From positions 1 to 47,817 of the forward strand of contig JAPLUH010000250.1 of NCBI GenBank assembly GCA_026397675.1: DNA of 47,817 nucleotides. Direction: 5' to 3'. Below the pieces are notes generated by a model. That model worked only from the letters and a program-made list of their open reading frames with translations, did not search any database and was not told where the DNA came from. The DNA comes from Verrucomicrobiota bacterium (GTDB lineage: Bacteria > Verrucomicrobiota > Verrucomicrobiia > Limisphaerales > UBA9464). Of the stretch, positions 28,786-37,359 are shown in pieces. The translations under genes and the position numbers were made by a program. Position 1 is the first letter of the stretch, and each line of letters begins with the position of its first letter.

Positions 28786-29055
28786 ATGGCCAAGAAATCC
28801 TGGCTTGCCCGGAACAAGAAAAAGTTGGAGACCGTCAAGAAATATGCGGTTCTCCGTGCTGAAATGAAGGCCAAGGGCGATTACGCCGGCCTGTCGAGCC
28901 TGCCTAAGAACGCAAGCCCGGTTCGCGTTGTGAACCGTTGCCTCGTCAGCGGTCGACGTCACGGATTCATCCGTAAATATGGTGTCTCCCGTCTCTCATT
29001 CCGTGAGGCGGCGCTCCAGGGGTTGATCCCGGGCGTCACCAAGGCCAGCTGGTAA
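28786..29055 (+). CDS. rpsN: 30S ribosomal protein S14 (long, non-zinc form)
   Basis: 89 aa ending RLSFREAALQGLIPGVTKASW, with no CxxC pairs. Confidence 0.94.
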   Translation: MAKKSWLARNKKKLETVKKYAVLRAEMKAKGDYAGLSSLPKNASPVRVVNRCLVSGRRHGFIRKYGVSRLSFREAALQGLIPGVTKASW

Positions 29056-29075
29056 TCCGAGTCCTAACTACATCC

Positions 29076-29465
29076 ATGAACGCTGATCCAGTTTCTGACC
29101 TGCTGACGCGCATTCGCAATGCGGGTATGGCGCTCCACCCTTCTGTGTCCCTGCCTCACTCTATATTCAAGGAGGCTATTGCCCGGGTCTTGAAGAGCGA
29201 AGGCTACATATCCGATATCTCCGTCGAAGGCGACAAGCTTAAGACCTTGAAGCTCGGCCTTAAGTATCAGGGCCGCAAGGCTGTCATTCAGGGGCTCAAG
29301 CAAGTGAGCACCCCAGGTCTCCGTCGCTATGTCGCCGGATCCGATGCACCTCGCGTCTTGGGTGGGTTGGGTGTTGCAATTCTTTCGACTCCTCAGGGAG
29401 TGATGACCGGTTCCCAGGCTCGCCGCCAGAATGTGGGTGGTGAGATCGTTTGTTACGTCTGGTAA
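29076..29465 (+). CDS. rpsH: 30S ribosomal protein S8
   Basis: DPVSDLLTRIRNA N-terminus and C-terminal GGEIVCYVW. Confidence 0.96.
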   Translation: MNADPVSDLLTRIRNAGMALHPSVSLPHSIFKEAIARVLKSEGYISDISVEGDKLKTLKLGLKYQGRKAVIQGLKQVSTPGLRRYVAGSDAPRVLGGLGVAILSTPQGVMTGSQARRQNVGGEIVCYVW

Positions 29466-29476
29466 AGCATTTTGTT

Positions 29477-30013
29477 ATGTCACGTATTGGAAAAAGCCCG
29501 GTACCAATTCCGGCCACGGTTAAAGTCTCCGTCAGCGGGGACCGCGTGACGGTGGAAGGCCCCAAGGGAAATCTGGGTCTTTCTCTGCCGCGATTCACAA
29601 ACGCCAAGGTAGACGGGACCACGGTTTGTCTGGGTCGTACCGCTGAAACGGCGGAAGCCAGATCGATGCACGGCTTAGCTCGCGCATTGGTCAACAACAT
29701 GGTCAAGGGTGTCTCCGAAGGTTTTCAAAAGAAGCTCGAGATTCAAGGCGTTGGCTTCAAGGCCGTCCTTCAAGGGTCGGTAATCAATTTGGCTTTGGGT
29801 TACAGTCACCCGATTAATTATCCGGTCCCTGCTGGGATCAAGGTAGTTATCGAGGAAGGGACCAAGCTGACCATTGATGGTGCTGACAAGGAACTCGTAG
29901 GCCGTGTTGCCTCTGAGATTCGCAGTTACTATCCGCCAGAGCCTTACAAGGGCAAGGGCGTTCGCTATGTCGGCGAGAAGGTCATCCGCAAGGAAGGCAA
30001 GACTGTCCAGTAA
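29477..30013 (+). CDS. rplF: 50S ribosomal protein L6
   Basis: The ATG at 29477 gives MSRIGKSPVPIP, and the C-terminus has YKGKGVRY. The TTG at 29450 overlaps rpsH. Confidence 0.95.
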   Translation: MSRIGKSPVPIPATVKVSVSGDRVTVEGPKGNLGLSLPRFTNAKVDGTTVCLGRTAETAEARSMHGLARALVNNMVKGVSEGFQKKLEIQGVGFKAVLQGSVINLALGYSHPINYPVPAGIKVVIEEGTKLTIDGADKELVGRVASEIRSYYPPEPYKGKGVRYVGEKVIRKEGKTVQ

Positions 30014-30039
30014 TTCGGTTTGTCGTTAATTTTGCTAGA

Positions 30040-30402
30040 ATGAGAACAGAGCACAAACATCGGTTGGCCCAACTGCGCCACTGGCGGGTCAGAAAGACCG
30101 TTACGGGTACCGCAGCCCGCCCCCGTATGAGCGTTAAGTTCACCGGGCAGCACATCTACGTGCAATTCATCGATGACGTCGTGGGCAAGACGCTGGTTGC
30201 TGTTGGCACCCGTGACAAGGCCGCGCCCACCGAGGTGAAGGGCGCCAACGCTTCTAATGCCATTTTGACGGGCAAACGCGCAGCCGCCGCCGCCAAAGAT
30301 AAGGGCATTGAAGCGGTGGTCTTCGATCGTGGAGCCTCTCGCTATCACGGTAAGGTGAAAGCCTTGGCCGATGCGGCTCGGGAGTCGGGTCTCAAATTTT
30401 GA
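30040..30402 (+). CDS. rplR: 50S ribosomal protein L18
   Basis: 120 aa, RPRMSVKFTGQHIYVQFIDD ... FDRGASRYHGKVKALADAARESGLKF. Confidence 0.95.
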   Translation: MRTEHKHRLAQLRHWRVRKTVTGTAARPRMSVKFTGQHIYVQFIDDVVGKTLVAVGTRDKAAPTEVKGANASNAILTGKRAAAAAKDKGIEAVVFDRGASRYHGKVKALADAARESGLKF

Positions 30403-30416
30403 ACTGAAGGAATCTT

Positions 30417-31070
30417 GTGGCAGACCAAAAAGACATTTCAGCAGCCCCAGCTGCTCCCGCCGGACCCGCGTCAGGTGGTACTCAGTCGTTCGGTGGTGAA
30501 CGCCCTTCTAGGGGTTACTCCGACGGTGGACGTGGACGTGGTCCTCGCCGGTCCTCTAGGGACCAGCGCGACGATGAACCGAAGGATGGCCTGATCGAGA
30601 AGGTGATTCATATCAACCGCTCGTCCAAGGTGGTCAAGGGCGGTCGTCGATTCTCCTTCAGCGCTCTCATTGTTATGGGCGACAAGCAGGGTCGGGTTGG
30701 AATGGGCATGGGCAAGGGTGCCGAAGTGAGCGAGGCAATCAAGAAGGGCGGCGAAAACGCTCGTTCCCGAGTCGCCACAGTGTCTCTGTCTGCCAACACG
30801 ATTCCCCACGAGGTTTATTCTGAATTCGGTGGCGCCAAAGTTCTTCTTCGGCCAGCTAGTCCTGGTACGGGTTTGATTTGCGGCAAGACGGTCCGAGCGG
30901 TGGTTGAGTCAGCCGGCGTCAAAGACGTCCTTTCCAAGTCTCTCGGATCCAAGAATTCCTCCAATGTGGCCAAGGCCACTCTGAATGCACTGATGAGCCT
31001 GCGTACTCGGGAACAAATCCTGAAGGCGCGTGGTTTGGAACACCGACTCACTGCCGTTAAGACTGCCTGA
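30417..31070 (+). CDS. rpsE: 30S ribosomal protein S5 with an N-terminal extension of about 50 aa rich in Gly, Arg, Ser and Pro
   Basis: GTG start. The conserved core begins at LIEKVIHINRSSKVVKGGRRFSF. The protein is 217 aa, against roughly 165 for typical S5. Confidence 0.93.
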   Translation: MADQKDISAAPAAPAGPASGGTQSFGGERPSRGYSDGGRGRGPRRSSRDQRDDEPKDGLIEKVIHINRSSKVVKGGRRFSFSALIVMGDKQGRVGMGMGKGAEVSEAIKKGGENARSRVATVSLSANTIPHEVYSEFGGAKVLLRPASPGTGLICGKTVRAVVESAGVKDVLSKSLGSKNSSNVAKATLNALMSLRTREQILKARGLEHRLTAVKTA

Positions 31071-31074
31071 TTTT

Positions 31075-31521
31075 ATGAGACTTCACGATCTTAAACCCCG
31101 TCCGGGAGCCAAGCACCGCAAGAAGCGTCTGGGTCAGGGCGAGTCCAGCGGCCGAGGTAAGACCTCTGGTCGCGGCGGCAAGGGTCAGAGCGCACGTTCT
31201 GGTAGCTCGATCCGTATCGGTTTCGAGGGCGGACAGATGCCTTTGATCCGGCGTATCCCTAAGCGCGGATTCAACAACAAGCGCTTCAAGATAGTTGTGG
31301 TTCCGGTGAATCTCTCGGACTTGAACGTTTTTGAAGCCGGTTCTGTCGTAGACTTGGTTGCTTTAGAGCAAGCAGGGTTGACAAACGGAACATTTGACAG
31401 TGTCAAGATCCTGGGACATGGCGAATTGACCCAGAAGTTGACTGTTCGCGCCAACGCTTTTAGCGAGACTGCTCGCGCTGCCATTGAAAAGCTTGGCGGC
31501 ACGGCAGAGGTTATCTCCTGA
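31075..31521 (+). CDS. rplO: 50S ribosomal protein L15
   Basis: The ATG at 31075 gives MRLHDLKPRPGAKHRKKRLGQGESSGRGKTSGRGGKGQ. It starts 4 nt after the rpsE stop, which leaves no room for rpmD. Confidence 0.95.
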   Translation: MRLHDLKPRPGAKHRKKRLGQGESSGRGKTSGRGGKGQSARSGSSIRIGFEGGQMPLIRRIPKRGFNNKRFKIVVVPVNLSDLNVFEAGSVVDLVALEQAGLTNGTFDSVKILGHGELTQKLTVRANAFSETARAAIEKLGGTAEVIS

Positions 31522-31565
31522 CGCAGTTTGCATAGCTGCAAGGTAACTCTAACCATACGCTGTTA

Positions 31566-32942
31566 ATGATCGGCCAACTGTTCAACACGTTAGCGAACTG
31601 CTTGAAGATTCCAGAACTACGTTCTCGGATTCTCTTCACAGCCTTGGTTCTGGCTGTGGCCCGCGTCATCGCATTGACACCGGTTCCTGGTTTGGATGGA
31701 TCTAAGTTGGCTCTTTACTTTGCAGAGACAGCGAAGACCTCGGGTGGCGGTGTGTTCGGTCTGTACTCAATGTTCACCGGAGGCGCTCTTGAACAGTGCG
31801 CCGTCGGAGCTTTGGGTATCATGCCCTACATCAGCGCAACTATCTTTATCCAGTTGCTGACCGCGGTTGTCGCACCTCTAGGAAAATTGGCTCGAGAAGA
31901 GGGCGGCCGAGCAAAGTTGGTGGCGTATGGCCGATATTTGACGGTTCTCCTGTGCTTGGGTCACGGACTGATTGTGGCGCTTGGGTGGGAGAATCCTGAG
32001 AAAGCGTTCCAAGGTTTTTCTGGATCTTTGGTAACAGCCGAGAACTTATGGCTCTATCGGATACAGACCGTAATGATTTTGACCTGCGGAACGCTATTTC
32101 TGATGTGGTTGGGCGAGCAGATTACTGAACGGGGTATCGGTAATGGCGTTTCACTTCTGATCACTGTGGGTATCCTTGCCCGGCTTCCTAACGCTGGTAA
32201 GTCGCTAGTCTCAATGTTTCAGCAGGAGAACTCCAAGTTCTTGCACCTGGTATTGCTAGTCGTGGTCTTGGCGATTGTTGTGGCGGGTGTCGTCTTGATC
32301 ACCCAAGGGCAACGAAAGATTCCAGTTCAGTATGCTCAACGGGCAGTGGGTCGAAAGATAATGTCGGGTGGGACATCATTCATGCCGCTGCGTGTCAACT
32401 ACGCGGGGGTAATGCCGGTCATCTTTGCTCAGGCTATTCTGATGTTTCCCGGGATGATTTTTGAGAAACTCGCCGCAATTTTGCCGGCAGGATTTGGAAA
32501 GCAAGTTTCGATTTATATAGCCAGTCATTTGGGACGACAGGGTTTCACCTATTTGTTTCTGTACGGCTTGATGATTCTATTCTTTTCATACTTCTGGGTT
32601 GCGACTCAGTTTAATGAGCTACAGGTAGCTGACGATCTCAAGAAACATGGTGGATATATTCCTGGAGTCCGACCGGGTACTGCGACCAGCGATTTCCTGC
32701 ACAACACCATGAGCCGGATCACTCTCGCAGGGGCTGTATTTTTAGTGGTTATTGCCATCATTCCGACCGTGATGAGTGCCTACTTGAAGATCGATCCGTT
32801 GGTGGCTCAATTTTTCGGAGGAACCTCGCTGTTGATCACAGTTGGCGTTCTTTTGGATACCATGCGGCAAATGGAATCTTACCTTTTGATGAGGCACTAC
32901 GATGGCTTCCTCAAAAAGGGTAAGGTCCGCGGCAGGGCTTGA
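31566..32942 (+). CDS. secY: Preprotein translocase subunit SecY
   Basis: 458 aa and ten-TM pattern, with motifs GIMPYISATIFIQLL and GTSLLITVGVLLDT. Confidence 0.96.
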   Translation: MIGQLFNTLANCLKIPELRSRILFTALVLAVARVIALTPVPGLDGSKLALYFAETAKTSGGGVFGLYSMFTGGALEQCAVGALGIMPYISATIFIQLLTAVVAPLGKLAREEGGRAKLVAYGRYLTVLLCLGHGLIVALGWENPEKAFQGFSGSLVTAENLWLYRIQTVMILTCGTLFLMWLGEQITERGIGNGVSLLITVGILARLPNAGKSLVSMFQQENSKFLHLVLLVVVLAIVVAGVVLITQGQRKIPVQYAQRAVGRKIMSGGTSFMPLRVNYAGVMPVIFAQAILMFPGMIFEKLAAILPAGFGKQVSIYIASHLGRQGFTYLFLYGLMILFFSYFWVATQFNELQVADDLKKHGGYIPGVRPGTATSDFLHNTMSRITLAGAVFLVVIAIIPTVMSAYLKIDPLVAQFFGGTSLLITVGVLLDTMRQMESYLLMRHYDGFLKKGKVRGRA

Positions 32943-33052
32943 AAACTTTTGTTCTTTGTCAGTTTCGGTTTCAGAGTCAAGGTGAAATGACGGGAAACGG
33001 AGTCAGTCACCTAATTCAGATGCGAGGGCGCGGATTCTAGAACGCTGAGATC

Positions 33053-33823
33053 ATGGGTCGACCGATCATCAAAACAGCAGACGAGATTCGGGCCATGAGG
33101 GCTGCGGGTCGAATCGCAAGCAAGGTGTTGCGAGGTGCTGCAATGATGGCCGCTCCAGGTTTAACGACCCGAGAGCTGGACGTCGAAGTGGGACGCTTAA
33201 TTGCCTCTCATGGAGCCAACAGCGCCTTCTTAGGATATCGCGGTTTTCCGAGCCAGTGCTGTCTTTCAGTGAACGAGGCCGTGATTCATGGCATCGGCGA
33301 TGGACGGAGATTGCAGTTCGGGGACTTGCTAAAGATTGATGTTGGAGTTCGGCATCAGGGTTTCATCGGCGACGTCGCGATGACCATGATTGTCGGCGGT
33401 GGATCGCCAAAGTTCCAGAAGTTGCTGGATACCACGGTCCAATCCCTGTATGAAGGGATCTCCGCTGCGCAATCGGGCGCTCGGGTGGTGGACATCGGTA
33501 GAGCAGTGGAGAGATGCGTGGTGGGTGCAGGTTATGGTGTGGTCCGCGAATTTTGCGGTCACGGTGTGGGTCGAAACGTTCATGAGGAACCGCAAGTTCC
33601 TAATTACGTCGATCTTAAGTCCGTGACTCGCCTTAAGAGCGGGATGACCATCGCCATTGAACCAATGGTCACCATGGGCAGTGCGGCAGTGGAAATTCTC
33701 GATGACGGTTGGACGGTTGTGACACGGGATCGGCAGGTGTCTGCCCATTTTGAACATACGGTGCTCATCACCGATTCTGGACCGGAAATTTTGACACGAG
33801 ACGAAGAGAGTCACTTGTATTGA
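33053..33823 (+). CDS. map: Type I methionine aminopeptidase
   Basis: 256 aa with a MetAP-I core ([26 protein letters not shown]). Confidence 0.95.
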   Translation: MGRPIIKTADEIRAMRAAGRIASKVLRGAAMMAAPGLTTRELDVEVGRLIASHGANSAFLGYRGFPSQCCLSVNEAVIHGIGDGRRLQFGDLLKIDVGVRHQGFIGDVAMTMIVGGGSPKFQKLLDTTVQSLYEGISAAQSGARVVDIGRAVERCVVGAGYGVVREFCGHGVGRNVHEEPQVPNYVDLKSVTRLKSGMTIAIEPMVTMGSAAVEILDDGWTVVTRDRQVSAHFEHTVLITDSGPEILTRDEESHLY

Positions 33824-33842
33824 CGGGTTTAAGATTTCGAAA

Positions 33843-33956
33843 ATGAAAGTCAGAGCTTCAGTTAAGAAACTTTGCGAGAACTGCAAAATGGTCAAACGCA
33901 AGGGCGTGATCCGTGTGATCTGCTCCAATGCGCGCCACAAGCAGCGGCAAGGCTGA
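33843..33956 (+). CDS. rpmJ: 50S ribosomal protein L36 (zinc-binding form)
   Basis: Hand-translated 37 aa: [37 protein letters not shown]. It falls below the ORF-track cutoff. Confidence 0.92.
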   Translation: MKVRASVKKLCENCKMVKRKGVIRVICSNARHKQRQG

Positions 33957-33972
33957 TCATAGGAAACGTTTT

Positions 33973-34359
33973 ATGCCACGAATCTTGGGAGTTGATATTC
34001 CTGCGGACAAGCGAATCGATATCGCGCTCCGCTACATCTACGGAATCGGACCGGTCAATGCGCTCGAAATTTTGGAGCGGGCCAACATCGATCCGTCGAT
34101 TCGCGCAAAGTCTCTAAATGAGGGACAACTATCTTTGATCGTGAATGCGATTCAAGATGGTAAGTATGTGACTGAGGGTGATCTTCGTCGTGAACTGGGC
34201 ATGAACCTGAAGCGACTTCAGGCCATCAAGTCCTATCGCGGTCAGCGTCACACTCGAAGCCTGCCCGTTCGCGGTCAGCGCACACAGACCAATTCCCGCA
34301 CCCGCAAGGGTCCCCGCAAGACGGTCGGTGTTCAGAGGAACCCGACCGCCAAGTCTTAA
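33973..34359 (+). CDS. rpsM: 30S ribosomal protein S13
   Basis: The ATG at 33973 gives MPRILGVDIPADKRIDIALRYIYGIG. Confidence 0.95.
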   Translation: MPRILGVDIPADKRIDIALRYIYGIGPVNALEILERANIDPSIRAKSLNEGQLSLIVNAIQDGKYVTEGDLRRELGMNLKRLQAIKSYRGQRHTRSLPVRGQRTQTNSRTRKGPRKTVGVQRNPTAKS

Positions 34360-34378
34360 TTTCATCGTTTAACTGATT

Positions 34379-34978
34379 ATGGCAGAAGAGACAAAGGCCA
34401 AGAAGGCCCCCAAGGCCGAGGCCGGTGAGGCTACCGCAGAGGTAACCGCAGAAAAGGCCGCTCCTAAGGCGGCTTCCAAGAGCAAGAAGGCTGCAGCTGA
34501 GGCTCAGGGTGTCGCTCCGGCGGCAGCGGCCGCTCCGGCTCCGCTGGCAGCCGCCGCAGCGCCGACAGCCGCTGACTTGCTCGGCGATGATCCTAATGCT
34601 AAGAAGATCATCCGTGCGAAAGGTGCCAAGAATATCACGGTGGGTGTTGCCCACGTGAAGGCGACCTTCAACAACACACAGGTAACCATCACCGATTTGC
34701 AGGGAAACCTCATCGGATGGAGCACCGCAGGCCGAGTGGGTTTCAAAGGATCTCGCAAGAGCACAGCCTTCGCGGCTCAGCAGGCGGCTCAAGACGCTGC
34801 CCGTCAGGCAATGTCTCATGGAATGCGCGAGATTGAGGTCCGTGTCAGTGGTCCGGGTTCAGGTCGCGAGTCCGCGATTCGGGCACTGCAGGCAATCGGT
34901 CTTGAGATCACGGTCATTAAGGACGTGACCCCAGTGCCGCATAACGGATGCCGTCCTCGCAAGAAACGCCGCGTGTAA
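34379..34978 (+). CDS. rpsK: 30S ribosomal protein S11 with an N-terminal extension of about 70 aa rich in Ala, Lys and Pro
   Basis: The conserved core starts at [18 protein letters not shown] (residue ~89). The protein is 199 aa, against roughly 130 for typical S11. Confidence 0.93.
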   Translation: MAEETKAKKAPKAEAGEATAEVTAEKAAPKAASKSKKAAAEAQGVAPAAAAAPAPLAAAAAPTAADLLGDDPNAKKIIRAKGAKNITVGVAHVKATFNNTQVTITDLQGNLIGWSTAGRVGFKGSRKSTAFAAQQAAQDAARQAMSHGMREIEVRVSGPGSGRESAIRALQAIGLEITVIKDVTPVPHNGCRPRKKRRV

Positions 34979-35002
34979 TTCAACTTTCAACTATCTCCGA
35001 CA

Positions 35003-35611
35003 ATGGCTCGTTACACTGGTCCTCGCGTTCGCATCAGCCGCCGGCTGGGAACACCGATTTTCGGCACCTCCAAATATTTGGAGCGCCGTCCCTACCCTCC
35101 TGGGGCACATGGCCCGAAGTCTCGTCGCAAATATAGCGACTACGCCATCGGCCTGATGGAGAAGCAGAAGCTACGCTTCTTCTATGGTCTCCAAGAGAAG
35201 CAATTCCGCAATGTCTACGAGCGTGCACTTCGCATGCGCGGTGTGACGGGCGAGAAGATGTTGCAAATTCTCGAGGCCCGTCTTGATAACCTCGTTTATC
35301 ACGCAGGGTTTGCATTGACCCGACCCGCCGCCCGTCAGTTGGTGTGTCATGGGCACGTCCGAGTCAATGGCCGTAAGGTCAGCATTCCCAGCTATGCCGT
35401 GAAGGTCAACGACGTGATCCAAGTTAAGGATCACGCCACCTCGAAGACGATCGTCCAGAAGAACGTCGAGGGTTCCACCAGTCGTGTGGTTCCTGATTGG
35501 GTTCGCTTAGACCGGGAGGCCCTATCGGCCGCCCTCTTGCGGATCCCGACTCGCGACGAGATTAATCCGATTGCTAACGAGCAAGCGGTTGTCGAATTTT
35601 ACTCCCGCTAA
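35003..35611 (+). CDS. rpsD: 30S ribosomal protein S4
   Basis: MARYTGPRVRISRRLG N-terminus and an S4 RNA-binding domain (RLDNLVYHAGFALTRPAARQLVCHGHVRVNG). Confidence 0.96.
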   Translation: MARYTGPRVRISRRLGTPIFGTSKYLERRPYPPGAHGPKSRRKYSDYAIGLMEKQKLRFFYGLQEKQFRNVYERALRMRGVTGEKMLQILEARLDNLVYHAGFALTRPAARQLVCHGHVRVNGRKVSIPSYAVKVNDVIQVKDHATSKTIVQKNVEGSTSRVVPDWVRLDREALSAALLRIPTRDEINPIANEQAVVEFYSR

Positions 35612-35715
35612 ACGGCCTGATCGCCGAATTGATCAAGAAAGCAATTATACGGAATCACATTCCTTCGCGGGAGTTCTCTGGAATGAGATTCAGATTAAAA
35701 TTGCACCAATAAAAT

Positions 35716-36726
35716 ATGCCTGTTCGCTTAGGACGCTTCGAGATGCCGAAGCGGTTGTCCAAAGAGGAGTCAACCGCCACGGATGTCTACGCCAAATTCA
35801 TTGCCGAGCCATTTGAAACCGGCTACGGACACACGATCGGAAACTCGATCCGTCGTGTTTTGTTGTCCTCTTTGGAGGGTGCAGCCATCACTTCAGTCAA
35901 GATTGACGGAGCGATGCATGAGTTCACCACCGTTGACGGCGCAGTCGAGGACGTCACTGATATTGTTCTGAACCTCAAGCAGGTTAAGTTCAAGGCGCAC
36001 TCTCGCGAGCCTCAGTCATTGCTGCTCTCGGTGAATCGGGAGGGAGCTGTGACCGCTGCGGACATCGAGCTCAATCAAAACATTGAGATCGTTAATCCGG
36101 GACAGCTTATCTGCACTCTGGATCGCAAGAAGAAGCTGGAAATTGAGCTTGAAGTTCGCGTCGGTCGAGGCTTTTGCCCGGGCGATGAGAACAAGAAAAT
36201 AGACCAGCCGATTGGCGTTATAGCCATTGATTCTTTGTTCTCTCCGGTGACCCGTGTTCGTTATGCCGTCGAGGCCGCACGTGTTGGGCAGAGGACCGAC
36301 TACGACAAGCTGATCATCGAAATCTGGACCGACGGTCGGATTTCACCTGATGATGCTCTAACTCAGGCTTCAGCCATTCTCCAACACCATCTCGATGTTT
36401 TTGTCGGCTACGATAAGAACGCCGTGGAGTTCGAGATCGAGATTAAGCCTCAAGACGACGAGAAGGCCAAGCTCAAGAAACTGCTCAATATGAGCGTCAA
36501 TGAGATCGAGCTGAGCGTCCGAGCAGCTAATTGCCTCAACAATGCCAACATCACCACGGTGGGACAGTTGGCTATGAAGTCCGAGCAGGAGATGCTCAAG
36601 TATCGGAACTTCGGCAAGAAGTCTTTGAACGAGATCAAGGAGAAGCTGACCGGCTTGAACCTGACTCTCGGAATGAATATTGATCCGGCTCTATTGGAGA
36701 TGCCGGTGGAAAACAAAAATCCTTAA
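35716..36726 (+). CDS. rpoA: DNA-directed RNA polymerase subunit alpha
   Basis: 336 aa with N-terminal domain motif GYGHTIGNSIRRVLLSS and C-terminal domain ELSVRAANCLNNANITTVGQL. Confidence 0.96.
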   Translation: MPVRLGRFEMPKRLSKEESTATDVYAKFIAEPFETGYGHTIGNSIRRVLLSSLEGAAITSVKIDGAMHEFTTVDGAVEDVTDIVLNLKQVKFKAHSREPQSLLLSVNREGAVTAADIELNQNIEIVNPGQLICTLDRKKKLEIELEVRVGRGFCPGDENKKIDQPIGVIAIDSLFSPVTRVRYAVEAARVGQRTDYDKLIIEIWTDGRISPDDALTQASAILQHHLDVFVGYDKNAVEFEIEIKPQDDEKAKLKKLLNMSVNEIELSVRAANCLNNANITTVGQLAMKSEQEMLKYRNFGKKSLNEIKEKLTGLNLTLGMNIDPALLEMPVENKNP

Positions 36727-36738
36727 CCTGACTGAATT

Positions 36739-37272
36739 ATGCGCCACCTTAAGCGCAACAAGAAACTGGGTCGCAAAGGCGACCACCGAAATGCCATGCT
36801 GGCCAACTTGGTGAGTTCTCTCATCAAGCACAAGCGCGTCACCACTACCTTGGCCAAGGCTAAGGCGGCCCGTCCGGTCGCCGAGAAACTCCTGACCCTA
36901 GGAAAGCTCGCTAACGAGGCACTCGCTACCGCGAGTTCTACCTCCGATGCCGCGAGCAAAGCTCAGGCGATCGCTGCCAACGTTCACAACCGCCGTTTAG
37001 TGGCCGCTCGCTTGCGTCAACAGGCTCGCAGCCATTTCAAGGGTACACCGACTACCAAGGGTAAGGAACTCCGTGAGGCCTGGAAGCAGGAACACGACGT
37101 CGTTCATATCTTGTGCGACACGATCGCTCCGGCTTTTATGAGCCGAAAGGGTGGCTACACTCGAATTCTACGCTTAGGTCAACGTCAGGGTGACGCTGGT
37201 CAGGTGGCTATCTTGGAATGGGTAGATTTTACTGCGGCGGCTGAGACTGCAGCCCCGGCTCCGACAGCCTAA
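36739..37272 (+). CDS. rplQ: 50S ribosomal protein L17 (expanded, 177 aa)
   Basis: MRHLKRNKKLGRKGDHRNAML ... GGYTRILRLGQRQGDAG. Two internal insertions and an Ala-rich tail distinguish it from ~127-aa L17 proteins. Confidence 0.93.
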   Translation: MRHLKRNKKLGRKGDHRNAMLANLVSSLIKHKRVTTTLAKAKAARPVAEKLLTLGKLANEALATASSTSDAASKAQAIAANVHNRRLVAARLRQQARSHFKGTPTTKGKELREAWKQEHDVVHILCDTIAPAFMSRKGGYTRILRLGQRQGDAGQVAILEWVDFTAAAETAAPAPTA

Positions 37273-37327
37273 ATTGATCCAAAAAAGTTGGATATTTCGG
37301 AACTCGTTCTGAAGTCCTCCTCTACAG

Positions 37328-37359
37328 AGCCGCCCCAACAAGGGCGGCTTTTTTTTATT
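37328..37359 (+). terminator. Rho-independent terminator of the ribosomal/rpoA-rplQ operon
   Basis: 8-bp GC stem AGCCGCCC/GGGCGGCT with a 6-nt loop, followed by T8. A second hairpin, TGCGCCC-GGCA-GGGCGCA, lies at 37361-37378. Confidence 0.8.
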
